Source: Candidatus Gottesmanbacteria bacterium UBA5942
GTDB taxonomy: Bacteria > Patescibacteriota > Microgenomatia > UBA10105 > UBA927
DNA: 64,000 bases
Assembly: GCA_002430725.1 (NCBI GenBank)
Contig: DJCU01000035.1
Location: forward strand, 19,324 to 83,323
Reading direction: 5' to 3'
In this document: positions 9,169 through 18,325 of the stretch, piece after piece
How positions within the stretch are numbered: position 1 is the first letter of the stretch
Layout of the letters: every line of letters starts with the position of its first letter
The notes under the pieces: generated by a model
The model's database searches: none
The model's input: the letters and a program-made list of their open reading frames with translations, nothing else
What the model was told of the DNA's origin: nothing
Program-made: the position numbers and the translations under genes

Positions 9169-10353
9169 TCATGGAGATGGAAAGATATAGAGCTCCTCTT
9201 CTGCTCTCGTAACCGCTGTATATAACCAACGCTTCCACTGATCATCGGTCATTTTCGTAAATCGTTCTTCAAATAGTATGACTCGCTTGGCTTGTGACCC
9301 TTGTGCTTTATGCACAGTGAGTGAGTAACCAAAGTCAAACAAATCAATACCATGAAACAACTTTCGATTTTCGGTAAAGTTTAATGCTGTATCAGCATTG
9401 AATTGATCGATAGCGATAAGTCCTTTGTACGTATCGCGCTCCCCATCTATTTCGATCTCCACATCATACGCCTGATGATTTTTAGGCTCTATGGAAAGAA
9501 TTGTCCCCAACATTCCGTTATATATTTTTGCCTTGTGGTTATTTCGTAGACATATCACCCTGTCACCGACTGTTGGAGCAGGACTTTCAAATCCTAAGGC
9601 GGAACGAATAAATGCGTTGAGCTTTTTTCTCGTTTTGTTATACCCACACAAGATAAGAGTTTTCGTATTGTAGTTTGTGAGCATCTCATTCATCACCTCA
9701 CCGGTTTCAGGATCATCACGATCGTATTTCACCACATATCTCGAATAACGACCCGGGGTAACCACCCCCTTTTCTCGTGCCATAATTGATAACTCTATAA
9801 TTGGATTTTGCCTCGCCTGTCTATGAATTTCTTCAAGCCGAAGCTGCGGCGTCTGCATAAGCGTAAAGTTTCCACTTATAGGCGGCAGTTGCCCGTGATC
9901 TCCCACCACAATCATGGGGACGCGATATGACACTAAATGTTCCCATATCGTCCTGTCTACCATAGAGCCTTCATCAATAATAATGAGATTTCGATCAATA
10001 GCTTCTTTGGTTTTCCAGCCAATTATTTCTTCTTGCGCATTAAGGATGGGTGTATAGATAAGCGAGTGAATAGTTCCTACGCTATCCTGTTTGTACATAA
10101 CATCTGCTTCTTTTATCTTGGTCTGCAGCACTCGCGCGGCTTTCCCAGTAAAACTGACAAAGCCAACTTTCAGTCCTGGGTCAATCTTGTGAAGCTCTCG
10201 CCTGATAACTCCGATAAGTGTCGTCTTTCCTGTTCCTGCGTAGCCACCAAGCGTGACATACTGCATCGCTTGTCTGTCTTTACGATACCACTCCAACACA
10301 TTATCTAACGCAGTTTTTTGATCATGGGATAGTTGCGGCATACAAAAACTCAC
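9169..10353 (-). CDS. RecD/Dda-like SF1B DNA helicase (AAA_30 + UvrD_C_2 type)
   Basis: Walker A GYAGTGKTT, Walker B IIIDEGSM, and a C-terminal VHKAQGSQ...YTAVTRA motif typical of the RecD/TraA helicase family. Confidence 0.75.
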   Translation of the reverse strand: MSFCMPQLSHDQKTALDNVLEWYRKDRQAMQYVTLGGYAGTGKTTLIGVIRRELHKIDPGLKVGFVSFTGKAARVLQTKIKEADVMYKQDSVGTIHSLIYTPILNAQEEIIGWKTKEAIDRNLIIIDEGSMVDRTIWEHLVSYRVPMIVVGDHGQLPPISGNFTLMQTPQLRLEEIHRQARQNPIIELSIMAREKGVVTPGRYSRYVVKYDRDDPETGEVMNEMLTNYNTKTLILCGYNKTRKKLNAFIRSALGFESPAPTVGDRVICLRNNHKAKIYNGMLGTILSIEPKNHQAYDVEIEIDGERDTYKGLIAIDQFNADTALNFTENRKLFHGIDLFDFGYSLTVHKAQGSQAKRVILFEERFTKMTDDQWKRWLYTAVTRAEEELYIFPSP

Positions 10354-10372
10354 TATAGTGGAGGAACGTGGT

Positions 10373-10627
10373 TTAGTAAAGCGGAGTAGCAGCGAGTTTT
10401 TTACGTATGATAAGGATAAGGGCTGCGAGTGCTACAAGATATACTCCGCCACTTACACACACCCGCGCTACCGAGACTGTTTCGAGAACCATCAACAACG
10501 CGCCGCTTACCAGTGTCCCCGCAGTCGCGACATAGGTTAATAAAAGTTTTTGTTTCGTAGGAGTGTAAGCCGCAAGCGAGGCGATGATTAAACTCGTGAA
10601 GGCAACAACAACGTGAGTAACTAACAT
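10373..10627 (-). CDS. small membrane protein (hypothetical)
   Basis: 84 aa with 3 predicted TM helices. Confidence 0.35.
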   Translation of the reverse strand: MLVTHVVVAFTSLIIASLAAYTPTKQKLLLTYVATAGTLVSGALLMVLETVSVARVCVSGGVYLVALAALILIIRKKLAATPLY

Positions 10628-10646
10628 AGCTACTCAGTATAGCGTA

Positions 10647-10991
10647 TTATTTCTTTCTAAATTTTGCGAATATTTTCTTGATATCTTCTATCAACAAGGC
10701 AAATCCAACTACTCCACCATCATTATCGCCAAGTCCTGTCATGCGAACGAGTCTCCGCTCTCTCCCTCGAGTAACCGCCCTGAGCGCGGGGGAATCCTGA
10801 GCTACTATTACTCCTTCGAAATCGCGGACATCCCTTCCAGTCGCATTTGCTAATTCCTCCACTCCCGCAGGGATACCTGCCCCCCGCAGAGCAGTTGCAT
10901 CACGAAATTTTCGTTGTCGTTCATTTCCGTTTGCCATATTACCATTCCCAAACAAAGAAACGGTAATTATAACGTAAGAGGTGTCATACAT
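10647..10991 (-). CDS. hypothetical protein
   Basis: 114-aa ORF, GC-richer than its surroundings. The likely start is the internal MANGNERQ. No recognisable family. Confidence 0.3.
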   Translation of the reverse strand: MYDTSYVIITVSLFGNGNMANGNERQRKFRDATALRGAGIPAGVEELANATGRDVRDFEGVIVAQDSPALRAVTRGRERRLVRMTGLGDNDGGVVGFALLIEDIKKIFAKFRKK

Positions 10992-11030
10992 ACCACCGGA
11001 AGGCTAAATTAAGGTATAATACCCATTACA

Positions 11031-11101
11031 TGCGGGATCGTATAATGGTAGTACAGCAGACTCTGAATCTGCTTATCTAGGTTCGAATCCTAGTCCCGCA
11101 G
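11031..11101 (+). tRNA. tRNA-Gln (anticodon CUG)
   Basis: Manual cloverleaf fold. Acceptor TGCGGGA/TCCCGCA, U8, D-stem GTAT/GTAC with GG in the loop. Anticodon stem GCAGA/TCTGC with loop CU-CUG-AA. T-arm CTAGG-TTCGAAT-CCTAG. Discriminator G, no encoded CCA. Confidence 0.8.
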
Positions 11102-11102
11102 C

Positions 11103-11591
11103 ATGGTAAAGATCGCAAAATTTCTCCTCAACCGAAAAGAGCCTCGTATCCCGTTTACCCAGGCTGGTTACGACAAGCTAGCCGAAGAAAAAAAATCGCT
11201 GGAAGCAAAACGACCAGAAGCGGTCGAGCACCTCAAAAAAGCGAGGGAAATGGGTGACTTATCTGAAAACGGATATTACAAAGCCTCCCGACAGCAACTC
11301 AACTTTATCGATGGCAGACTGAAACGACTGACAAAAATTCTAAAACGGGCTGAAATCGTCACTTCGGTAGCAAATGGCACTGTGCAAATCGGAAGCACAG
11401 TAAAACTGCAAAGTGGAAATCAGAAATACGAGTACACAATCGTTGGCGGGTACGAATCAAACCCAGATCAAAAATCTATTTCACATATTTCCCCACTTGG
11501 TAGCGCAATCTTTGGAAAAAGAAAAAACGATGTGGTGAAATTTCAGGCACCATCAGGCATCAAAATATTTACTATCACAGAAATATCGTAA
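11103..11591 (+). CDS. greA: transcription elongation factor GreA
   Basis: IPFTQAGYDKLAEE...KRPEAVEHLKKAREMGDLSENGYY aligns with the GreA N-terminal coiled-coil. The ATG abuts the tRNA-Gln 3' end, so the start is uncertain. Confidence 0.8.
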   Translation: MVKIAKFLLNRKEPRIPFTQAGYDKLAEEKKSLEAKRPEAVEHLKKAREMGDLSENGYYKASRQQLNFIDGRLKRLTKILKRAEIVTSVANGTVQIGSTVKLQSGNQKYEYTIVGGYESNPDQKSISHISPLGSAIFGKRKNDVVKFQAPSGIKIFTITEIS

Positions 11592-11597
11592 CTATTT

Positions 11598-12139
11598 CTA
11601 TTTCTCCAGAAGCTCTAACAATTTTTTCGAGGTATTATAATTTCTCATTGTCATATCCTGATAAATTTTCTTTCCTATAATTTTATTTATCCCGCTTTTG
11701 GTAAGACCACTGAGCAATGTCGCCATGTAAACCGCTCCTGTGCCGGGAACTATCACATCAATACCTTCTTTTGGCTGCATTTCCTTCATCACATCCGATG
11801 AGGATACCGGCTTTTTGATAAACGCTATATAGCAGCGGATATCTTTACGAGTTTTCCAACCTTTCGGTACTTCATCTAATACAGTCTTATATTGTTTATG
11901 GGAGAGCACTACCACTCGCACAGGTAAATGAAATTGTTTATGTATCACTTGTTCAAGCTCCTTTTCGATAGATGCAACACTTTTTTTGTTGTTTCGACTA
12001 TCAAATTGCCACTCGCTATATAAGTAATGACATTAGTAAATCCTGCCTTTTCAACAGCAAGTTTCAAATCGGCCATTTTTATCAGTGTATTACCACCGAC
12101 ATTTATGCCACGAAGGAGGGCGACATATTTCATACACAC
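11598..12139 (-). pseudogene. DUF1697 family gene interrupted by a -1/+1 frameshift in an A7 homopolymer
   Basis: ORFs 11945..12139 (MCMKYVALLRGINVGGN...SGNLIVETTKK) and 11598..11948 (..SVASIEKELEQVIHKQFHLPVRVVVLS..TMRNYNTSKKLLELL) are the two halves of a DUF1697 protein in different frames. The frames switch inside the T7 run at 11981..11987. Confidence 0.65.
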
Positions 12140-12168
12140 AATGTACCATTTCTCACACTCGAGGAAAA

Positions 12169-12891
12169 CTATTGAGGCAAGGTGACTTCCACTCTGACGC
12201 TATGGTAGGAGTATACTCCCTCTGTGTCATCGGAGACTTCGGCAAGCTCTGGATTTTTCAAACGATGTACTTCTTCTAAGATAACCTCTTGTGTCGCACG
12301 TACCTCACGAATACCAGTATTTACCCGAAAGACAGGTATGCCACGCTTCTCTAGATCAGCAATAAGCCTATCCCAGTATGGCTGCAACTCATGTGGATCA
12401 TGTGCCACTAAGCCATCACGCTTAAGTGCGCGGTCTTTGATGGTGCTGTCATCGGCATGGAGATAAACCACCATATCTGGCTTAGGAAATGTAGACATAT
12501 GATGCTCGTATAACCACTGTAGATACGAAAATTGATCATCGCTCATTAGTCCCTGATCGTGGAGATACCGGTTATATATATCAGTAGCCAGCACACCGCT
12601 TTCGCGAAAGTGTGGGTCAGTAAGGCCATCAGTTTTGGTATCGAGAATTTCTAGCTGCATGAGTTGTGTCGTTTTATGTAGCTGATTTTGGAACGAAAAC
12701 TTTTTAGGGTTTTCCAAAAATAATGGAAACACAGGATTATCCGGCTCAGTATGCACGGTAAACCCACTGTCTTGGAGAGATCGAAGAAGTGTTGATTTCC
12801 CCGAACAAGCCGCGCCAATGACGGTAATCTGAAATGGTTTTTGCAGTTCGTGTTCTCGCAACTCAGGTGGAGTAATGTACGCTTCTCTCAT
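12169..12891 (-). CDS. deoxynucleoside kinase (dNK/dCK-dGK family)
   Basis: P-loop GAACSGKST, then the ERS/DRY-like region and conserved hydrophobic pattern of deoxynucleoside kinases. Confidence 0.7.
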   Translation of the reverse strand: MREAYITPPELREHELQKPFQITVIGAACSGKSTLLRSLQDSGFTVHTEPDNPVFPLFLENPKKFSFQNQLHKTTQLMQLEILDTKTDGLTDPHFRESGVLATDIYNRYLHDQGLMSDDQFSYLQWLYEHHMSTFPKPDMVVYLHADDSTIKDRALKRDGLVAHDPHELQPYWDRLIADLEKRGIPVFRVNTGIREVRATQEVILEEVHRLKNPELAEVSDDTEGVYSYHSVRVEVTLPQ

Positions 12892-12983
12892 TCAAATAAT
12901 TTTGGGGCAGTGACTTTGTATCACTATACTACTATTTTTCAGTTTGTAAAATACCTTTTTCCTCTATTTGTTATAATCAGGGT

Positions 12984-13863
12984 TGTGATAAAAGCTCTTG
13001 TCATCGATATAGACGGTGTTATAGTCGGAGAAAAGATCGGTTACAATACACCGTACCCTCATCCCGATGTCATCAATCGCCTTGCAGCGATAAAAAATAG
13101 CGGTATTCCTGTTGTGCTTTGCACTGCCAAACCACACTACTCTATCGCTCCCATCATAGAATCTGCCAAACTCACCAATCCGCACATCACGTTTGCCGGA
13201 GGTATTATCATCGATCCATTACAAAATAAAATTGTCGAGTCACATCCTATATCGTCACCACTTTCTGAAAACATCTTACGCGCGTGTATTGCGGAAAACT
13301 TTTATATGGAGCTCTATACGAGAGACGCTTACTATGTGCTAAAAAATCAAGTATCAGACCTTACGAAAGTCCACACTCATATTCTTCAGCAAGAACCTAT
13401 CCTCGTTGATTCACTCGAACAAGTAGCCAGTACACAGGAAATATTCAAAATACTTCCTATCGTCCCTGACGAGTCTGGAATACCAAAAGTAACCGATACA
13501 CTTGCGCCTTTTATGAACTCGATAGAGACAACATGGAGCATTCATCCCATCGCAAAACCCCATCAATTTTGCAACATTGCGCCAAAAAATGTATCAAAAC
13601 GACAAGCCACCCTCAATGTACTTTCGCATCTTGGAATAGAACCGAACGATACACTAAGCGTGGGAGATAGCACGAGCGATTGGAAATTTATGGAGCTATG
13701 CGGGTTTGTCGCAACTCTAGAAAATGGACAAGAACCGCTCAAAAAACTTGTCAGTGACAAGGGCAATGCCGGATTTATTGGCGGACATGTCGATACCAAT
13801 GGGTTTCTCGCTATTGTCGACCATTTTACAGTTCCCTCTTCCCCTCCCCCAAAATCCCGCTAA
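12984..13863 (+). CDS. HAD-superfamily hydrolase, Cof-like (IIB)
   Basis: LVIDIDGV motif I and C-terminal GDSTSD motif IV. The ORF-track start at 12841 overlaps the convergent dNK gene; a GTG near 12984 is the likely start. Confidence 0.7.
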
Positions 13864-13893
13864 CCATCGCACAGGTTCTTTTTCTTTCTTTTC

Positions 13894-14991
13894 ATGATCA
13901 ATTATTACCAACCATTTTTGTTGCCATTTCTTACATTAAAACGACATCGATTGCCGACTGGTGTACATCAAACTCATTTTCTATCGTTTGAAGACGCGCT
14001 CTGGGTATTACTTAGCAGGAAAGGCATGACACTAGGTTCAGTCATTCTCATTCCTGATTTTTATTGCATGGATGTCGTTATAAATATCAAAAATCACGGG
14101 TTTAACCCTGTGTATTATCCGATGGACGACAATTTTCAAGTAGAGCTCCCGATACTCAACGCGCATATAAGTGCTTATACACCTGCAGCCATTATCCTAT
14201 TTGACGCGTGTGGTATTCCTTGTTTACGTATGTCTGAAATGAAAAAATTGACACGCAACAATCCAAATATAATTTTCATACAAGACGCGGTGCATCGTCT
14301 TATAGAACCCAATAAGGTGAGGCTTGTCGCTCATAATCATTATCTCATTGATAGCCTTCGCAAAGTTTCACCCTTACCCGGTAGCAATATATATTGGAAA
14401 ACCGGAAGCCAAACTATCTCACCGGACACAAACCGAAACGAGTGGTGTTATCGACTCTCAGTACATGTCTGGTATGTATTTTTCCGCGTGTTGTTGACCA
14501 CAGCAACTCTCATGCGCATACCCCGACTTATTCTGTATGCGCATGAAAAAACTCTAAAATCACACGACGACATCGTGGGCGACAGCACCGGAGGATATGC
14601 AGGAAACCCACTCACACCCCATATCCTGACGCATTTTCATTTTGCCAAAGTTCAAAAACATAAACGTCATCAGGTTGAGCTGTATGAAAAACTTTTACGA
14701 AACGTGTGTCAAAACAATTTCCAATGGTTTCCTGTCACTATTCCTGATAAGGCAAAGCAAGAACTCCATGTATATCCACTTGGTTTCCGACATAACGGTG
14801 ACATGGAGCAACTTAAAAAAATTGAAAACCTGCTACACAGACAACACATCCTCGTATGGTTCAAATTTCCCGAAGCCCCATGGAGTGACAAACGCAGCGT
14901 CTTATTTCTTCCGCTAGGATTTCATATCCGTAACAAAGATATATTTTTTATCGCTCAAACATTAAAAGAAATTATTTCGCGCGAAGCATAG
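13894..14991 (+). CDS. hypothetical protein with divergent DegT/DnrJ/EryC1-like (fold type I aminotransferase) signature
   Basis: FEDALWVLLSRKGMTLGSVILIPDFYCMDVV...NPVYYPMDDNFQVE resembles the DegT block ALhlAL..GDEVIvPsfTF.AT..PVFvDid. The N-terminus is short and the PLP lysine is not clearly identifiable. Confidence 0.35.
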   Translation: MINYYQPFLLPFLTLKRHRLPTGVHQTHFLSFEDALWVLLSRKGMTLGSVILIPDFYCMDVVINIKNHGFNPVYYPMDDNFQVELPILNAHISAYTPAAIILFDACGIPCLRMSEMKKLTRNNPNIIFIQDAVHRLIEPNKVRLVAHNHYLIDSLRKVSPLPGSNIYWKTGSQTISPDTNRNEWCYRLSVHVWYVFFRVLLTTATLMRIPRLILYAHEKTLKSHDDIVGDSTGGYAGNPLTPHILTHFHFAKVQKHKRHQVELYEKLLRNVCQNNFQWFPVTIPDKAKQELHVYPLGFRHNGDMEQLKKIENLLHRQHILVWFKFPEAPWSDKRSVLFLPLGFHIRNKDIFFIAQTLKEIISREA

Positions 14992-16156
14992 CGTTTGCCA
15001 CACTACGAGCAAGACGCGGGTCAAATGGGTCAGGAACTATAAAGTGAGGGGTTGGTTTTTTGACTAAATCTGCAATCGCATCGGTTGCGGCAAGCTTCAT
15101 CTGTGGAGTGATGGCCGTAAGTCTCCCGCGGATAACTGCACGAAATACTCCGGGAAATGCCAATACGTTGTTTATCTGATTGGAGAAATCACTTCTTCCG
15201 GTGGCAACAATTGCGGCTCCTGCGCGAAGTGCTATATCAGGCATAATTTCTGGAATAGGATTTGCCATAGCAAATACAATTGACTTAGGCGCCATAGCGC
15301 TAATCATTTCAGGGAATATTGTTTGCGGCCCAGACACCCCTATCACCACATCTGCCCCCCGTATAACCGTAGTCAGATCCCCATGCTTTCGATCACGATT
15401 AGACACGCTTGCCACAGCTTGTTTATATATATTTTGATCATTACGCCCCGGCAACAGCGCTCCATTTTTATCTACAACAATCACATCGTGCACTCTTCGG
15501 CTCCCTGGTAATACATCACATGTATCACTCTCGCACGTTAACCCCAACAGCATTTTTGCAGTCGCAAGTCCTGCCGCGCCCGCTCCCACAATAACCACAC
15601 GCAATTCTTCATATCGTTTTCCTACCACTTTGGCAGCATTGCGTAGCGCTGCTCCCACCACAATCGCTGTCCCATGCTGATCATCATGAAACACCGGAAT
15701 ACCTATTTGCTGCAGCGCCTCTTCTATTTGAAAACATCGAGGCGCGCTGATATCTTCTAGCAATATCCCTGCAAATGACGGAGCAACGTGGGTAACAAAT
15801 CGGATAATATCCGAAGGTTCTTGCGTATCTAACACCAGTGGTACCGCATCAACCCCTCCAAATTGTTTTAGCAATAACGCTTTACCTTCCATAACGGGCA
15901 AGGCAGCAACCGGACCAATATTTCCTAACCCTAATACAGCTGACCCATCAGACACCACTGCGACAGCTCTACCACGCCATGTGTAGTCATACGATAACAT
16001 GGGCTTACTCGCAATAGCAGAGCTTACCGTAGCCACCCCTGGGGTATATACAAGCGATAAATCATCGCGAGTATTGATCGAAGTAACCGACCCTGTAACA
16101 AGCTTCCCTTGATGTTTTTTGTGAAAATCTAGCGCTTTTTTTCCTATGTCTTTCAT
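14972..16156 (-). CDS. NAD(P)-dependent malic enzyme (malate dehydrogenase, oxaloacetate-decarboxylating)
   Basis: LSLVYTPGVA and the Rossmann motif VIVGAGAAG. A 394-aa short-form malic enzyme. Confidence 0.85.
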   Translation of the reverse strand: MKDIGKKALDFHKKHQGKLVTGSVTSINTRDDLSLVYTPGVATVSSAIASKPMLSYDYTWRGRAVAVVSDGSAVLGLGNIGPVAALPVMEGKALLLKQFGGVDAVPLVLDTQEPSDIIRFVTHVAPSFAGILLEDISAPRCFQIEEALQQIGIPVFHDDQHGTAIVVGAALRNAAKVVGKRYEELRVVIVGAGAAGLATAKMLLGLTCESDTCDVLPGSRRVHDVIVVDKNGALLPGRNDQNIYKQAVASVSNRDRKHGDLTTVIRGADVVIGVSGPQTIFPEMISAMAPKSIVFAMANPIPEIMPDIALRAGAAIVATGRSDFSNQINNVLAFPGVFRAVIRGRLTAITPQMKLAATDAIADLVKKPTPHFIVPDPFDPRLARSVANAMLRAK

Positions 16157-16197
16157 AAAAATTGTTTTTTGTATTATAACAACGAAAAACGAACAAG

Positions 16198-17073
16198 ATG
16201 CAACAAGATAAATATCGTATAATGATCAACATGCATTGGCTTATTTTTGGAGCTCTCAACGTCTTTGGATTTTCTGTCGCCGCGATATTTCAAAAACTCG
16301 CTATGAAAAAAAGCGACAGCGATCCAGTAACTTCTTCTATTATTTTTGAGTTTCTTTTGGCCATCGTTGGAGGAATTGTCGCACTTGCTGTCGGCTTTAC
16401 CCTGCCACCTTCCAATATATGGGTATATCTTCTTATCATTGGATTTCTTTATGCATACGGCAATTTACTTTTTTTTCGAGCAATAAAAACTATCGAGGCT
16501 TCAGAAATGAGTATCCTTGGAAGCGCGGGCACGCTTGTCAGCGTCATATTGTCATATATTTTTTTGAACGAGCGCCTTAGTGCAGCGCAGATTGTTGGTG
16601 TAGTATTTATTCTTGCGGCAGTAGTTGTCATCAACTACAACCGTCATAAGTTCCAGTTAAGCATTGGCGCGTGGCAAGCACTTGGAGGAGCGGCCTGTTT
16701 TGGTACTGCAATTATTTTTGATGCTGTTATTCTCAAGTCATACACCGCCATTTCCTACCTTCCTGTCGGCGCGTTTATTATTGGCATCATCCTGCTGCTA
16801 TCATTTCCGAAATCAATGAAAAAAATGGTACAAGACGTCAAGACAATTAACACAAATCTCATTATCTACGGTGTGTTGTATACATTTTCAGCGCTTATGT
16901 TTTATATTCCGCTACAGTACGGAACGTATGTTTCCCAACTGAGCGCGGTCGGGAGAGTGTCAATAATTCTTACCGTTATTCTAAGTGCAATATTTCTTAA
17001 AGAACGATCGCATATTGGCAAAAAAATCATTGGTGCTATACTCACCACGATCGGTATTTTTCTTATTCGATAA
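16198..17073 (+). CDS. EamA/DMT-family transporter
   Basis: 10 TM segments arranged as two EamA repeats. Confidence 0.7.
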   Translation: MQQDKYRIMINMHWLIFGALNVFGFSVAAIFQKLAMKKSDSDPVTSSIIFEFLLAIVGGIVALAVGFTLPPSNIWVYLLIIGFLYAYGNLLFFRAIKTIEASEMSILGSAGTLVSVILSYIFLNERLSAAQIVGVVFILAAVVVINYNRHKFQLSIGAWQALGGAACFGTAIIFDAVILKSYTAISYLPVGAFIIGIILLLSFPKSMKKMVQDVKTINTNLIIYGVLYTFSALMFYIPLQYGTYVSQLSAVGRVSIILTVILSAIFLKERSHIGKKIIGAILTTIGIFLIR

Positions 17074-17076
17074 TTC

Positions 17077-17904
17077 ATGAAAGATAAATATTCTGCAGTT
17101 TGGGTATCTCACTCATCTATCAGTGATTATCTAAAATGCCCGCGGGCATATTACCTACGGAACGTCTATCGTGACCCCAAAACAAACCGGAAAATTTCTG
17201 TTATGGAACCCCCGCTTGCCTTGGGTCAGGCAGTACATGACGCTATAGATACGCTATCTAAATTACCCGCAGAAGAACGTTTTACCACTCCGCTTATGAA
17301 TACGTTTGAAAAAATTTGGGAAAACGTCAGTGGACAAAAAGGTGGTTTTACCGACAACGAACAGGAAGAAAAATTCAAAACACGCGCCAAAGACATGATC
17401 AATCGCGTCACGACACACCCTGGCCCTCTCGCCAAAAAAACTATTAAAATTCGACAAGAGCTTCCATACTACTGGCTATCAGAAGAAGACAATATTATTC
17501 TCTGCGGCAAAGTTGACTGGCTGGAATATAGAGAAGATACCGATAGTGTCCGTATTATCGATTTTAAAACAGGCAAGTTTGATGAAGACCCTGAATCACT
17601 GCAACTACCTATCTATTATCTGCTCGCAAGCCATACGCAAACGAAGCCAATTACTGGCATCAGCTATTGGTATCTTGATAGGGATGACGAGCCGGTAGAT
17701 ATGGATATTCCTGATCCTGAAATAGCAGAAAAAAAGGTGCTCGAATTAGCCCGCAAAGTAGCACTTGCTCGAAAACTCGGTCATTTTAAATGTCGCGAAG
17801 GAGAGTGTCGCGCGTGCCGACCGTACGAGTCAGTGCTCGTGGGTAAAGCAACACATGTAGGGATAAACACCTACGGCCAAGACTTGTATATACTTAATAA
17901 GTAA
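17077..17904 (+). CDS. PD-(D/E)XK nuclease, Cas4/RecB-like with 4-Cys cluster
   Basis: N-terminal Cys (LKCPRAY). GKVDW...RIIDFKTGK gives the D/ExK motif and QLPIYY the QxxxY motif. C-terminal CREGECRACRP supplies three further Cys. No CRISPR nearby. Confidence 0.65.
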   Translation: MKDKYSAVWVSHSSISDYLKCPRAYYLRNVYRDPKTNRKISVMEPPLALGQAVHDAIDTLSKLPAEERFTTPLMNTFEKIWENVSGQKGGFTDNEQEEKFKTRAKDMINRVTTHPGPLAKKTIKIRQELPYYWLSEEDNIILCGKVDWLEYREDTDSVRIIDFKTGKFDEDPESLQLPIYYLLASHTQTKPITGISYWYLDRDDEPVDMDIPDPEIAEKKVLELARKVALARKLGHFKCREGECRACRPYESVLVGKATHVGINTYGQDLYILNK

Positions 17905-17930
17905 CTATTAACAGTTTACAGTTAACGGAA

Positions 17931-17957
17931 AACAATTAACTTTTCTGGTTAATTGTT
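17931..17957. promoter_or_regulatory. perfect 10-bp inverted repeat AACAATTAAC-N7-GTTAATTGTT (candidate operator) within a GTTAA-motif array
   Basis: Read directly. Lies 28 nt upstream of the MazG-like ATG, and at least 8 GTTAA(T/C/A) hexamers occur between 17905 and 17980. Confidence 0.4.
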
Positions 17958-17984
17958 AATTGTTAAAAGTTAATAGTTAAACCT

Positions 17985-18314
17985 ATGAACTTTGAAGAAT
18001 TTCAAAAGGTGGTAAAAAAGACTGCTATCTACCCAAATCAGGGCAACAATGTGGCGTACGTCACCCTCGGGCTTGCCGGAGAAGCAGGCGAAGTTGCCGA
18101 CAAAGTCAAAAAACTCATCCGCGATTCCGGAGGGGTTCTTACACCTGATAAACGGAAAGAAATGATCAAGGAATTAGGTGACGTGCTTTGGTATCTTACT
18201 GCGTGTGCGAGCGAACTGGGTGTAGGACTGGAAGAAGTCGCTACCCAAAATGCAAAAAAGGTAGAAGATAGGAAAGTACGCGGTGTCATCTCGGGCGAAG
18301 GTGATAACCGCTAA
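17985..18314 (+). CDS. MazG-like nucleoside triphosphate pyrophosphohydrolase domain protein
   Basis: GLAGEAGEVADKVKK...ELGDVLWYL is the MazG/NTP-PPase EExxE/D motif region. 109 aa. Confidence 0.7.
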   Translation: MNFEEFQKVVKKTAIYPNQGNNVAYVTLGLAGEAGEVADKVKKLIRDSGGVLTPDKRKEMIKELGDVLWYLTACASELGVGLEEVATQNAKKVEDRKVRGVISGEGDNR

Positions 18315-18325
18315 ATATATCCCGT

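Noticed and set aside
12841-12983. ORF-track start of the HAD gene at 12841
   Set aside because: It would overlap the convergent dNK gene by about 50 nt. HAD motif I begins at about 12990, so a downstream GTG start is more plausible.
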